Shown here: piece after piece, positions 1 through 13,432 of the stretch
How the letters are laid out: each line of letters opens with the position of its first letter
Numbering within the stretch: position 1 is the first letter of the stretch
Assembly: GCA_963844035.1 (NCBI GenBank)
Contig: CAWJMT010000003.1
Coordinates: 32,001 to 96,000 of the forward strand
DNA from: an uncultured Gemmatimonadales bacterium
Lineage (GTDB): Bacteria > Gemmatimonadota > Gemmatimonadetes > Gemmatimonadales > GWC2-71-9
Length of the DNA stretch: 64,000 bases
Direction of reading: 5' to 3'
Translations under genes and position numbers: made by a program
Notes under the pieces: model-generated
Seen by the model: the letters and a program-made list of their open reading frames with translations, nothing else
Told to the model about the DNA's origin: nothing
Databases searched by the model: none

Positions 1-168
1 CGGCGGTGCACGCCGGGATGCGGGTGCTCGGCGTGTCGATCATCACCGACCACTGTCTGCCCGACGCGCTCGAGCCGGCGACGGTGGAGCGGATCATCGC
101 CGTGGCCCAGGCCGCCGAGCCGAAGCTCACGGCGCTGATTCGCGGCGTGCTCGAACGGCTGAAGCTGA
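1..168 (+). CDS. Purine-nucleoside phosphorylase, C-terminal fragment (runs off window)
   Basis: HAGMRVLGVSIITD..LPDALEP..VERIIAVAQAAEPKL resembles the PNP-I C-terminus. The exact stop is obscured by an indel. Confidence 0.8.
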
Positions 169-3100
169 TGGCCGTTCCCGCCGCTCGACGCCAAGCTGTC
201 GCGCCGACGCGCTGGAGAAGCAGCTGCTCGCCCCCTGGAAGGCCGAGGACCTGTTCGAGAGCAGCACGGAAGCCGCGCGCACGGACGCGCCGTTCGTCTT
301 CTACGAGGGCCCGCCCACCGCCAACGGCCGGCCCGGCATCCACCACGTCTTCGCGCGCACGATCAAGGACCTCGTCTGCCGCTTCCAGGTGATGCACGGC
401 CAGGCGGTGACGCGCATCGCGGGCTGGGACACGCACGGGCTGCCGGTCGAGATCGAGGTCGAGAAGCAGCTCGGCATCAGCGGCAAGAAGACAGATCGAG
501 GCGTACGGCGTCGAGGCGTTCAACCGCCTGTGCCGCGAGAGCGTGTGGACGTACAAGGCGGAGTGGGAGGCGCTCTCGGACCGCATCGGCTACTGGCTCG
601 ACTACGAGCATCCGTACGTCACCTACACGAACGACTACGTCGAGACGGTGTGGTGGCTGCTGCAGCGCCTGCACGACAAGGGGCTGCTGTACCGGGGCCA
701 CAAGGTGCTGCCGTACTGCCCGCGCTGCGGCACCGCGCTCTCGAGCTCCACGAGCTGGCGCTGGGCTACGACACCGCGCAGGACCCCTCGGTCTACGTGA
801 CTCTTCCCGCTGGTGGAGCGACGCCCGCCGCCAGCTTGATCTGGACCACCACGCCGTGGACGCTGGTGTCGAACTTCGCCGTGGCGGTGCACCCCGACCT
901 CGAGTACGGCGAGTACGAGGTGGACGGCACCGCGCTACGTCATCGCCGCCGCGCGCGCCGGGCACGTGCGCGTCGGGCGGACACTCGCTCGCCGAGGGCA
1001 CGCGGGTGCGCGCGTACCCGGGCCGGGATCTCGTCGGCCAGCGCTACCGCCGGCCGCTCGACGTGGTCCCGCAGCCCGGGAGGGCGAGCGCGGCGTGGTA
1101 GTCGGGGCCGCGTTCGTGACGGCGGAGGACGGCACGGGGCTCGTGCACATGGCGCCGCGTTCGGCGCCGACGACTACGCTCGCGGCAGCACGTACGGGCT
1201 CGCCTTCGTGAACCCGGTGGGCGTCGACGGCACGTTCCACGGACACCACGTGGGCGCGAGATCGAGGGCAGTGGTCACCGACAAGGAGACGAACCGGCGA
1301 TCATCGAGCGCCTCAAGGAGCGACGGCCGCTGGCTGCGAGACGCGCCCGCACACGCACACCTATCCGTTCTGCTGGCGCTGCGACACGCCGCTGATCTAC
1401 TACGCGCGCGCCTCGTGGTTCGTCCGCACCACGGCGATCAAGGCGCGGCTGCTCGAGGTCAACCGGCAGGTCGGATGGCACCCGCCGGAGATCGGGAGCG
1501 GGCCGGTTCGGCGAGTGGCTCGAGAACAACGTGGACTGGGCGCTGTCGCGCGACCGCTTCTGGGGCACGCCGCTCCCGGTGTGGGTGTGCGACCGGGAAA
1601 TCGAGCATCGCGAGGTGATCGGCTCCTACGCCGAGCTCGCCGAGCGGTGGGGGCAGCCGCTGCCGGCGGATTTCGATCCGCACAAGCCGTACATCGACGG
1701 CTACACGTGGGCGTGCCGGCAGTGCGGCGGCACGATGCGTCGGGTCCCCGAGGTGATCGACGCCTGGTTCGACTCGGGCGCGATGCCGTTCGCCCAGTGG
1801 CACTACCCGTTCGAGCACCAGGCGGAGTTCCAGGCGCACTTCCCGGCCGACTTCATCTGCGAGGGCGTGGACCAGACGCGCGGGTGGTTCTACTCGCTGC
1901 TGGCGATCGGCGTCGCGGTGTTCGACGAGCCGGCGTACCGCCACGTGGTCGTGAACGAGCTGGTGCTCGACGCGCAGGGCCAGAAGATGTCCAAGAGCCG
2001 CGGCAACGTGGTCAATCCATGGACGGTGATCGAGGAGTACGGGGCCGACGCGGTGCGGCTGTATCTCCTGGGCCAGAGCCAGGTGTGGCTGCCCAAGCGG
2101 TTCGACGCGCTGCAGATCCCCAGGGTCGTGGGCGGGTTTCTCAACACGCTGCGGAACACGTACGACTTCTTCGCCCGCTACGCCGAGGAGTGGCAGCCGG
2201 GCGGCGCGCGGTCCCGCCGCTCGCCGAGCGCCCCCTGGCCGACCGCTGGCTGCTGGCGCGCCTCGACGAGGTGACCACGACGGTGCGGGAGGCCTGGAAC
2301 GGGTACGACGTCACGGCCGGCGTGCGGGCGATTCTCGACTTCGTGGAGGACGACCTGTCCAACTGGTACGTGCGGGCCAATCGCGCCCGGTTCTGGGCGC
2401 CCGACCGCGCGGCCGACGAGGCGGCGCTCGCGACGCTGCACGAGGCGCTCGTGACCGTCGGCGCGGCTGCTCGCGCCGGCGGCGCCGTTCCTCGCGGACT
2501 GGCTGCACCGGGCGCTGACGGGAACCTCGGTGCACCTGGCGCCGTTCCCGGCCGACCAAGGACGCCGGGAGCCGGAGCTGGTGGCCGCGATGGACGCGGT
2601 GCGCAAGCTCGCGTCGCTGGCGCGGGCGGCGCGCGAGACCCGGGGGTCTGAGCGTGCGGCAGCCGCGTCGCCACGCTCCAGGTGGCCGTCCCGGCCGCGG
2701 TGAAGGGCAGGGCCTTTGCAGACCTGTTAGATATCCTCGCCGCCGAAGTCAATGTCAAGGGGATCGAGGTGGCGGGGTCGGACCACGAGCTGGTGCGCCT
2801 CAAGGGCAAGGCGTAGTTTCGCACTCTCGGGAAGCGGTACGGCAAGGAGACGCCCCGCGCAGCCGCGGCCGTCGCGCAGCTGACCCCGGAGCAGCTGCCA
2901 GGCGCTGGAAGGCGGCGCGCTCGCGCAGGTTGGCGAGTTCGAGTTTCGACCCGAGGACGTGACCGTGACGCGCGAGGTGGTGAGCGACTGGGCGGTGCAG
3001 GCCGACGGGCCGTACGTGGCGGCCGTCGATCCCCGGTTGACGGTGGATCTGAGACAGGAAGGGCTGGCGCGCGAGGTGGTGAACCGCGTCCAGCGACTGC

Positions 3101-3337
3101 GCAAGGATGCGGGCTACGACTTCGCGACGCGCATTGAGCTGAGCGTCGCCGGTTCGGACGAGGTCGTCGCCGCGATCGCGGCGTTCCAAAGTTTCGTCGA
3201 AGGCGAGACGCTGGCGCGCAAGACGGTGCTCGGCGGCGTGCTGGAGGAAGCCGACCTGACGCGGGAACTGGACATCGAAGGTCGCTCCGTGACCTCGCGG
3301 TGCGACGCCACGACGGACGAAAGGGCGGAACCCGATA
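168..3337 (+). CDS. ileS: Isoleucine--tRNA ligase, type 2 (IleRS2); frameshifted in this assembly
   Basis: Motifs [72 protein letters not shown] and C-terminal [16 protein letters not shown] are spread over several frames. Confidence 0.95.
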
Positions 3338-3790
3338 ATGCCGACGAAATCCTCCAAGCCCAGACCCAAGAGCAAGGGCAAGAGCAAGGCCAAGGGGAAG
3401 GGCATGAACAAGAAGCAGCTGGCGCACTTCGAGAAGCGGCTGCTGGAGGAGCGCGCCCGGGTCATGAAGGAGCTCGGGCCATTACGACGAGCGCTTCAAC
3501 GCGACGCTGCAGGCCTCCGACGGCGACCTGTCGTGCTACTCCTTCCACATGGCCGACCAGGGGACCGACGCCATGGAGCGCGAGAAGGCGTTCCTGTTGG
3601 CGTCGAAGGAGGGGCGGTACCTCTGGCACGTGAACCAGGCGCTGCGCCGGCTGTACCGCAATCCCGGCGAAGTTCGGCAAGTGCGAGCACTGCGGCGAGG
3701 ACATCAGCTTCGAGCGGCTCGACGCGCTGCCCCACGCGCGGCTGTGCATCAACTGCAAGGCGAAAGAGGAGAGATGGCAAGCGCCGCTGA
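3338..3790 (+). CDS. DksA/TraR C4-type zinc finger protein with Lys-rich N-terminal tail
   Basis: Coiled-coil tip HMADQGTDAMERE, then FGKCEHC..ISFERLDALPHARLCINCK; frameshifted. Confidence 0.88.
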   Translation: MPTKSSKPRPKSKGKSKAKGKGMNKKQLAHFEKRLLEERARVMKELGPLRRALQRDAAGLRRRPVVLLLPHGRPGDRRHGAREGVPVGVEGGAVPLAREPGAAPAVPQSRRSSASASTAARTSASSGSTRCPTRGCASTARRKRRDGKRR

Positions 3791-4296
3791 GTCGCCGGCT
3801 GTTCTGGGGGACGGCGGCGCGATCGTCGTCGCGGACATCGTCACCAAGCTGCGTCGCCGAGTCGCGTGCTGTCCCGCCGCCTGCCGGTCTCGGTGATCGG
3901 CGATTTCGTGCAGCTGCGCCTCGTGTACAACCCAGGCGCGGCGTTCGGGCTGTGCCTCGGGGCGATACTCGCGCTGGATCTTCTTCGCCCTGGCGATCGT
4001 CGCGCTCGTGGTGCTCGGCATCGATGGTGCGGGCGGCACCGCGGGGCGATCGCGCTGCGCTTGTACGCGCTCGCCGCTGGTCTGTGCCGGCGCCGTCGGC
4101 AACCTGATCGACCGGCTGCGCAGCCCGCGGCGTCGTGGACTTCCTGGACGTCGGCGTCGGCGTCCGTGCGCTGGCCCACGTTCAACGTCGCCGACACGGC
4201 CGTCACGGTGCGGCGCGATCGCCCTCGCGCTGTCGCTCTGGCTCGAAGGTCGAGCCCAGGACCGCGCGACGGAGGCTCGGGCGGCCGACGCCGTGA
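3774..4296 (+). CDS. lspA: Lipoprotein signal peptidase II
   Basis: Motifs DIVTK, YNPGAAFG, GAVGNLIDR, VVDFLD and WPTFNVAD across frames. Confidence 0.92.
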
Positions 4297-5319
4297 ACGA
4301 CGACGGCGGTCACGCTTCTCCGTCGCCGTCGCCGCAGACCGAACGCCTCGACCGCTTCCTCGCCGACCAGCTGTCCGCTCTCCCGCACCGTCGCCGCCCG
4401 CCTCATCGCCGACAGGCGCGTTTCCGCCGATGGGCGCCCGCTGCGCGCGTCCGTGCAGCTGCCGCGCGCCACCGTCGTTCGGTGTCGTTCCCTCCCGACG
4501 GCAGCACCCCGCACGTACGCCCCGGCGCATCGCGATCTCACGTTCGTGTACGAGGACGACGACCTGGCGGTGGTCGACAAGCCGGCCGGACTCGTCGTGC
4601 ATCCGGCGCCGGGGCACTGGGACGACACGCTCGTGAACGCGCTGACGCACGCGCGGCACTGCGCTGTCTCCGGGCGGCGGAGGCCGGACGCCCCGGGATC
4701 GTGCACCGGCTCGACAAGGACACCTCCGGGCTGCTGGTGGTCGCCAAGACCGATGAAGGCGCACCGGCGCCTGGCCCGCGCGATCGAGCAGCGGCGGGTG
4801 GAGCGGCGCTACGCGGCCCTCGCGTGGGGACATTCGGCGAACGACCGGGTGACGATCGACGCGCCGATCACGCGCAGTCCCGCCGACCGCAAGCGGATGG
4901 CGGTGAAGGCAGGCGGGCGCCATGCGGTCACCGTACGCGGAGGTCGTGGCCCGGTACGCCCATGTCGATCTGCTGCGCCTGCGGCTCGAGACCGGCCGCA
5001 CGCACCAGATCCGCGTGCACCTCAGTCCAGTCGGCCACCCGGTGGTGGGCGACCCGGAGTACGCGCTGGGCGGCAGCCGCCGGGTGACGCCGTCGATGCG
5101 CCGGGCGGCCGAGCGCATCGAGGAGCTCGCGCCGCGGCAGGCTGCTGCATGCCGCGGCGCTCACCTTCGAGCATCCGGTGACCGGCGCGCGCCTCGCGCT
5201 GCGGTCGGAATGGCCCGAGGACCTGCTGCCGGCGCTGGCCGAAGCGGCCGACAGATCCCAATTTGCTTGCTCAACGCAACCCCTTGCAGTATCTTGGCTT
5301 CTTCGCTTCGGATGAGTGA
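4293..5319 (+). CDS. rluD: RluA/RluD-family 23S rRNA pseudouridine synthase
   Basis: RLDRFL S4-like start, [54 protein letters not shown]. Confidence 0.9.
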
Positions 5320-5773
5320 CGGCGGACGTGGTCCGGCTGCTCTGTTCCGGTCGGCCCGCTTGCCTGCGCGGTCGCGGCGGAAACGGTGCGGGAGATCCTG
5401 CCGCGCCTCGAAACCACTCGAATTCCGGGTGCCCCGGCCGTGGTCGCCGGGGTGGTGAACGTCCGCGGGAGCTGGTGACGGTGGTGGAGGGATGGCGGGC
5501 GCTTGGCCAGCCGGCGCCGGCCGCAGACACGCCGGCCGGAGAGGCACCGGCTGGAACCACCATGGTGCTGGAGTTCGCGGGCGGCGTAAGATCGCCGGCT
5601 TCACGGTGGACGAAGTGATCGACCTCCTTTCGGTAGGCGGCGAGACGCTGGAACGCCGACAGGCGCTGCCCGGCATCGACCCGGCGCTGGTGCAGGCTGT
5701 GGGCCGCCGGAGCGGGCAGCTCTTCGTGGTCCTCGATACTGACGCCCTGCTGACCCCCTTTTTGCTGCCGTAG
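5312..5773 (+). CDS. cheW: CheW-like protein 1
   Basis: VREIL..., VPG...[25 protein letters not shown] and [11 protein letters not shown] are CheW-type patterns; frameshifted. Confidence 0.75.
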
Positions 5774-5783
5774 GGAGGACGGT

Positions 5784-6148
5784 GTGGGCCATCGAGTGCT
5801 CGTCTGCGACGACGCGATCTTCATGCGGACGATGATCAGCGACATCCTCACCGCAGGCCGGCTACGAGGTCGTCGGGCGAGGCCGAGACCGGCGTCCAGG
5901 CGATCGAGCGCTACAAGGCGCTGCGGCCCGACCTCGTCACGATGGACATCGTGATGCCCGACATGGGCGGCATCGAGGCGGTGCGCGAGATCGTGAAGGA
6001 CGATCCCGACGCCAAGATCCTGATGTGCAGCGCCATGGGCCAGCAGGCGCTGGTGGTCGAGGCGATCCAGGCCGGCGCGAAGGACTTCGTGGTCAAGCCG
6101 TTCCAGCCGTCGCGCGTGCTCGAAGCGGTGCAGCGCGTCCTCGGGTAG
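5784..6148 (+). CDS. cheY: CheY response regulator (Firmicutes/Thermotoga/DifD-like)
   Basis: VLVCDDAIFMR, TMDIVMPDMGGIEAV, MCSAMGQQALVVEAIQAGAKDFVVKPF; SD-like GGGAGG upstream. Confidence 0.93.
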
Positions 6149-6150
6149 GC

Positions 6151-8064
6151 ATGGATGTCCGGCAGTACGCGGACCTCTTCCTCACCGAGAGCCGCGAGCA
6201 TCTCACCGCGTTCAACCAGCTGCTGCTCGAGTGGGAGCGCGACCCGGCGGCCACGGGAGCCGGTGAGCGGCATCTTCCGCGCGGTCCACACCGTGAAGGG
6301 GATGGCGGCGACGATGGGGTACGCGCGCGGTCGCCGACCTGGCGCACCGGGTGGAGAACCTGCTCGACGTGGTGCGGCGCGGGGAGCGGACCGCCGTGAC
6401 CGGCGACTGTTCGAGCTGCTGTTCCGCGCCGCCGACGCGCTCGAAAGCGGTCGACCTCGCGTGGTGGGCCGCGAGGGCGAGCTGGACGTCGCCGCGGCTC
6501 GCTCGCGGAGCTGGAGGCGGCGAGCGGACGCGTCGCTCCGCGCGCCGCGCCGCGGCGCGCCGCGCCGCGGCGCCGTCCCCGCGCCGGCGCCCGTCGCCCC
6601 GGGCGCCGCGGCCGGGGAAGGGCCGCGCTGGTGCAGGTGACGCTGCGTCCCGAGGCGGCGCTCAAGGGCGCGCGCGCGCTGCTGGTGCTGCGCAAGGCGG
6701 CAGACGCTCGGCGCCGTGCACGCGGTCACGCCGGCGCCCGGCGGCGTTCGAGTCCGAGGGCTTCGACGGACGGCTGGCCTTCCGGCTCGACTCGACGGCG
6801 CCGGCGGAGGCGATCGTGGCGGCGCTGCCAGGGCGCGGGCGACGTGGAGCGGGTGGAGGTCGCGGCGGAGGATCGGAGGAGCGCCGGCGCCGAGGGCGCC
6901 GCGAAGCGCACGCGCACGCGGCACATCCGCGTGGACCTGCGCCGGCTCGACGAGCTGATGAACCTGATCGGCGAGCTGGTCATCGCGCGCGGCCGCCTGA
7001 ACGAGCTCGCGCGCGGTTCGCGCGAGCCGGACCTCGACGACGTGCGCGATCCAGATCGCGCGTCTCGCGATCGAGCTGCAGAGCGAGATCATGGCGGCGC
7101 GGATGATGCCGGTGTGGCAGGTGTTCGACCGCTTCCCGCGGATGGTGCGCGACCTCGCGCGGCAGATGGGCAAGCAGGTCGCGTTCCGGGTCGAGGGGAA
7201 GGAGATCGAGCTGGACCGCGCGATCCTCGACGAGATCGCCGATCCGCTGGTGCACCTGCTGCGCAACGCGGTGGACCACGGCATCGAGCCGCCGGAGGAG
7301 CGGCCGCAGGCCGGCAAGCCGCCGGTGGGCGAGATCGTGCTCGCGGCGGTGCGCGAGCGCTCGAGCGTCGCGATCACGGTCTCGCGACGACGGGCGCGGG
7401 ATCGACCGCGCGCAAGGTACTCGAGCGGGCGCAGGCGGGATGGGCCTCGTGGAGCCGCACGCCGACATCCTGACGCGACGATCAGCTGCTGCGGATCCTG
7501 GCGCGCCCGGGCTTCACCACGGCCGAAGCGGTGACCGACGTGTCGGGACGGGGCGTGGGCATCGACGTGGTCAACGACGCGGCTGCGGGCGCTCGGCGGC
7601 TCGCTCGAGGTCCGGTCCGAGGCGGGCAAGGGCACCACGCTTCACGCTGCGGCTGCCGGTGACGCTGGCGATCGTGCGGGCGCTGCTGGCGCGCGTGGGC
7701 GACGAGCGCTACGCGCTGCCGCTGACGCACGTGGCGGAGACGGTGGAGTTCGGCGACGAGCCGACGACGACGATCGCAGGGCCGGGAGGCGATGCTGCTG
7801 CGCGACCGGGTGGTGCCGCTGGTGCGGCTGCGCGAGCTGCTCGGCGTGCGGCGGCGCCGCACCGCCGGCCGCGCCAGCCGGTGATCGTGCTGGAGATCGG
7901 CGAGCGCCGCGCCGGGCGTGGTGGTGGACGGCATGCTCGGGCAGCAGGAGATCGTGGTGAAGAGCTTCGATGCGCCGCGCGGGACGCTGCCGGTGTTCAG
8001 CGGGGCGACGATCCTCGGCGACGGCGATCCCGGCGTTGATTCTCGACGCCGGCGGCCTGTCTAG
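6151..8064 (+). CDS. cheA: CheA histidine kinase (P1-P2-P3-P4-P5)
   Basis: P1 FRAVHTVKGM; P2-like LKGARALLVL; IRVDLRRLDELMNLIGEL; HLLRNAVDHGIE; PGFTTAEAVTDVSGRGVGIDVV; LPVTLAI; QEIVVK. Confidence 0.95.
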
Positions 8065-8075
8065 GGGAGGGGGCG

Positions 8076-8707
<632 letters not shown>

Positions 8708-8711
<4 letters not shown>

Positions 8712-11427
8712 CGGCGCCGGCGCCCTCGGAGCGCGACCTCGCCGTCCTGCGGTCGTTCGCCCGCCGGATCGATCCGTCCGACGCCGGGCGCCCACAACAA
8801 TCTCGGCGTGCTCTACTATCCGCAAGGGCTCTCACCAGGAGGCGATCGCCGAGCTTCACGCGCGCGCTCGAGCTCGACCCGCAAGATGGCGGTCGCGCAG
8901 CGCAACCTCGAGATCGTCTACCGCACACCGGGGTTCTACGACCGGCGCATCGCCGAGCTGCGGGAGCGGCTGCGCCAGCGCGCCGGACGACCGCGAGGCG
9001 CGCTGGGAGCTGGCGCGCGCCTACGCGTTCGTCGGGCAGTACGAGGAGGCGGTCGCCGAGTTCGAGGCGCTGCTCGCCGAGCGGCCCGGCGACATCGGGG
9101 CGATGCTCCAGCTCGGGCCTCGCCGAGCAGCGCCGCGGGCGCCTCGAGGCGGCCGCCGAGTGGTTCGTCCGCGCGCGCGAGCTGGATCCCTCGAGTCGTC
9201 GGTGCTCGCGTTCCACCACGGCGAGGTGCTACTACAACCGGGGACTGAACGACGACGCGCTGGCCGCGCTGGAGCGCGCGGTCGCGCTGAGCCCCGACAA
9301 CGCCGACGCCCACTACCTGCTGGCCTTCGTGCTCGGCGACCTGGGCCGCCACGCCGAGGCGCGGGCCGCGTCCAAGCGCGCCGTCCAGCTCAACCCGGCG
9401 CTCGGCGCGCGCCCAGACCAACCTGTCGCTCGAGCGCACACCGCCGACGCACGGCGCGCGAGCAGCGCGCGCCGCGAGGCTCCCGCAGCCGGCGATCGCC
9501 GAGGGCAACGCGCTCGCGCACTACAACCTCGGCCCGCGCCTTCCGCCAGAAGGGCTACTACGCCGAGGCGCTGCGCGAGTACCGGCTCGCCCTGGAGCGC
9601 GGCGAGGACCGCCGCGCTCGCGCTCGCGAGGCGATGGCCGAGGTGCACCTGCTGCGGCGCGACCTCCCGGCGGCGCTGCGAGCTGTACGAGGAGCTGGTC
9701 GGCGAGTCGCCGGACTCCGCCAAGCTGTGGAACGAGCGCGGCGTCTGCCTGCACCAGGGCGGGCCGCGCCGACGAGGCGCTCGCGTCGTACCGGCGGGCG
9801 GTCGCGGCCGACCCGAGTACGCGCCTCGCCCGCAACAACCTCGGCGTGGCTGCTCGTGCGCAGGCGCCCGACGGAGCAGGCGGTGGAGGCGTTCCGCGAC
9901 GGCCCTGCAGGCGGGCCGACGCTGATCACGCCGCGCGCCTCAACCTCGCCCTGCTGCTCGCCCAGCTCGACCGCACCAGCTGTCGCTCGAGGCGTACCGC
10001 CAGGTGCTCGAGATCGAGCCCGCACTCCGCCGCCGCGTGGAACGGCATCGGGCTCGTGCTCGTCGAGCTGCAAGCGCTACGCCGACGCGAGCAACGCCTT
10101 CGCGCGCGCGGTCGAGGCCGACCCCGAGCACGCGCGGCGCGCACTACAACCTGAGCTTCACGCTGTCGAATCTCGGCGACTTCGAGGGCGCGCTGCGCGA
10201 GATGCAAGCGGGCGCTCGAGCTCGATCCCGTACTACGTCCCGCAGAAGTTCCTGCTCGCGATCGAGCTGCAGTTCGAGGACCCGTCGCTCAGCGTCGCTC
10301 CCGAGATCTCGGCGGACGTCCGGCCGAGACCTGGGGGAGTCGTTCGCCTTCGATCCGCGCCTGCTCGACGACATCTTCAAGGAGCTTGCCCCGGCCGGCC
10401 GCCGCGGCACGCGACACGGCGCAGCGGGCCGAGGACCCTTTCGGGCTGGCGCGCGACTACCTTTCCAAGGGGCTCTTCGAGCAGGCCGCCGCGGAGGCGA
10501 CCCGCGCGGTGCAACGCGGCGCCGACCGGGTGGACGCCGCGGTGCTGCTGGGCGACGTCTTCGCGCGGCGCGGCCTGCTACGGCGAGGCGCTCGAGCGCT
10601 ACCGGGAGGCGCGGGCGCTCGACCCGACCACGTCCGCGACGCGCTGCGCGGGGAGGTGCGCGCGCTCCTGGCGCTCGACCGTGCTCGCCGAGGCGCGGCC
10701 GCTGGCGGAGCAGCTGCTCGGGCTCACACCCGACGACGTGGAGGCCGCGGTGCTCGCGGCGAAGGCGCGCGGCCGGCGGCGACCCCGCGGGCGCGCTCGA
10801 CGCGCTGCGCCAGGCGCAGACGCGCGCGCCGGCGCGGGCCGACGTCCGCAAGCTGCTGGGCGACGTGGCGCTCAGGGTCGGCGACGCCGAGCGGCGCCTT
10901 CGCCGCCTACCGGGCGGCGCTCGAGCTCGACCCGGGATACGTCCAGGTCTGGGTCGAGGTCGGGCGGCTGCACGAGCTCAAGGAGGAATCGGGGCCGGCG
11001 GAGCAGGCGTACCGCGCGGCACTCGAGCACCTCCCGAGCTTCTACGAGGCCGCGCTGGCGCTCGCCGTCTGCTGCGGCGGGTGGGGCGCGGCGCCGAGGC
11101 GCGTGGACGCGCCTGGCGACGATGCTGGAGCAGGATCCCTACGATTTCGAGGCGCTGCTGCTGCTGGCGCCGGGTGCTGCTCGACGACAAGCGCGGATGC
11201 GGCGGCGCTCGAAGCGTCCGGCGGGTCGTGCAGTTCGAGCCCGAGCACGTCGAGGCGCGGTTCCAGCTCGGCGTCGCGCTCGCGCGTGAGCGGCGCTACC
11301 GCGACGCCGTGGCGGCGTGGGAGCGGGTGACGCGCCTCGACCCGTCCGGACCGTTCGCGCAGCGCGCGCGGATCCACGCGCGCACGGCGCTCGACCTGGT
11401 GCACATCTTCGCCCCGGCGCGGCCTGA
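8708..11427 (+). CDS. Large (~900 aa) multi-TPR protein
   Basis: Many TPR-type repeats (AHNNLGVLYY, ALERAVALSPDNADAHYLL, KLWNERGVCL, AWNGIGLVL, ARFQLGVALA) over shifting frames. Confidence 0.85.
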
Positions 11428-11438
11428 CCGATGGCGAC

Positions 11439-12603
11439 ATGGCGATCGAAGGCCCGCTTCGCGAGCTCGGCCTCCACGACGTCTTCCAGCTGCTCGACCT
11501 GAGCCGGAAGACCGGCGTGCTGCGCGTCACGTCGGACCTGCGGCACAACGACGGCACCGTGTACTTCGACGGCGGGCACGATCGTGTTCGCCGAGATCCG
11601 CAGCAACCCCCACCCGCTCGGGGCGCTGCTGCTGCGGACCGGCAAGATCGCCGAGGCCGACCTCGAGCGGGCGCGCGACATGCAGACGCGCCAGGGAGAC
11701 CCGCGCCGGCTGGGCCAGATCCTGGTCGAGATGGGCGCGATCACGGCGCGCGAGCTGGAGCGCCAGGTGCGAGTTCCAGATCGAGGAGAGTCGTCTTCGA
11801 GCTGATGTCGCTGGCGCGAGGGCTTCTTCTCGTTCGCCGAGGAAGCGGTCGACCGGACTGCCCGCGGACGTGCCGTGCGGATTCCCACGGAGGCCATCCT
11901 GATGGAGGGGGCGCGCCGCATCGACGAGTGGTCGCGCATCGAGAAGCGCATCTCCGCACCTCGGCGTCGTGCCGCTCCTCGCGCCGCCGCGGGACGGGGA
12001 CGCGGGGCAAGCTCGACCTGCTGCCGGCGGAGTGGGAGCGTGCTCGCGCAGGTGGACGGAACGCGGGACGTGCGTGCCATCGCGCCGTCGCTGGGCCGCT
12101 CGGAGTTCGACGTGGCGAAGACGCTGTTCGGCCTGGAGAGCGCGGGCGTGATCGTGCTGGTGGATCCGGGAGCGGCCAAAGGCGATCGCGTGACGACGGC
12201 CGCCGAGCTCGCCGAGCTCGTGGCCCGCGCCGAAGACGCGCTCGCCGCCAAGGACCTGGGCCGCGCGCGCGCGGAAGCGGAGCAGGCCGCCGCACTGTTT
12301 CCGCACGATGCCGCGGTCCATCTGCTGCTCGGCCGCATCCAGCTCGCCGACGGCCGCCCGGGTGACGCGGCGGACGAGCTGCGGCGCGCCCTCCACCTCG
12401 ACTCGTTCCTGGTCGCGGCGCACCGCATGCTCGGGTACGCGCTCGTGGCGTCGGGCCGGTTCGCGGAGGCGGTGGAGCAGTGGGAACAGTGGGAGCGGCT
12501 CGCGTCGCGCTCGGACGCCGAGACCGCGCAGCTCGAGCAGGTGCGTCGCGCCAAGACGGCCGCGCAAACGCTCGTCGGCGCCGGGGTGCCGGGCCATGAC
12601 TGA
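11439..12603 (+). CDS. DUF4388 (PatA_N-like) protein with MshEN-like motifs, winged-helix-like segment and C-terminal TPRs
   Basis: MAIEGPLRELGLHDVFQLLDLSRKTGVL; RLGQILVEMGAIT; LMEGARRIDEW; VDGTRDV..SEFDVAKTLFGL. Confidence 0.88.
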
Positions 12604-13432
12604 AGACATCAAGTCGCTCTCCGCCCAGCTCGCCCAGGATCCCATGAGCCTCGTCTTCCTGCGCCTCGCCGAGCTGCTGCGGCAGAAGGGGCAGCTCGAC
12701 GCCGCGCACCGGGTGGCGCTGAGCGGCTGGAGCGCCACCCGCATGTGGCCGACGCGCACGACCTGTACGCGCGCATCCTCGCCGACAAGGGGGACTACGA
12801 GCGCGCATTCGACGAGTGGGACATGGCGCTGCGGATCGCTCCCGGCCACACCGGCGCGCTCAAGGGGCTTTCCTTCCTGTACTTCAAGGTGGGCGACGTG
12901 GATCAGGCGGTGGCGCACCTCGAGTCGGCGCGGCGCCATAGCCCCGACGACCCGGGGATCGAGCAGGCTCTGGCCGTCGTGCGGGGCGGCCGGCCGGTCA
13001 AACCCGCGGCGGCTCCCGCTGCGGGACGTCAGGAGCCGGCGGCGACCGCCGCCGCTGCGATGCCGCTGGAAGACGCTCGCGTCTTCGCCGGCCTCGAAGG
13101 CGCGCAGGAGGGGCTGCTACTGCTCGATGCCGCGGGGCGAGTGCTGGGCGGCGCACTCCGCAATCCCGCCGGCGACGACGTCACCGATGCGGTCGCCGCC
13201 TATCTCGCGGGCGTGTCGCGGGAAGCGGCGCGCACCGCCAAGCTGCTCGGCCTTGGGACCTGGACCGGGCTCGCGACCGAAGGGGGTCAGGGCCACGTCC
13301 ATCTTGCGCCAGCCCACGTCCGACGCCCTGCTGCTGGTGCTGCGCGACCGCGCGATGCCGATCGGACGCCTCGCCATCGTGGCGCAGCGGGCCGCGCACG
13401 CGGCACGTCGCTGGCTGGAGCGGCAGGGATGA
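12596..13432 (+). CDS. TPR + Roadblock/LC7 domain fusion protein
   Basis: N-terminal DPMSLVFLRLAELLRQKGQLD plus TPRs; C-terminal LLLLDAAGRVL..AVAAYLAG..LLGLG..LLLVL..IGRL roadblock pattern. Confidence 0.78.
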   Translation: MTEDIKSLSAQLAQDPMSLVFLRLAELLRQKGQLDAAHRVALSGWSATRMWPTRTTCTRASSPTRGTTSAHSTSGTWRCGSLPATPARSRGFPSCTSRWATWIRRWRTSSRRGAIAPTTRGSSRLWPSCGAAGRSNPRRLPLRDVRSRRRPPPLRCRWKTLASSPASKARRRGCYCSMPRGECWAAHSAIPPATTSPMRSPPISRACRGKRRAPPSCSALGPGPGSRPKGVRATSILRQPTSDALLLVLRDRAMPIGRLAIVAQRAAHAARRWLERQG

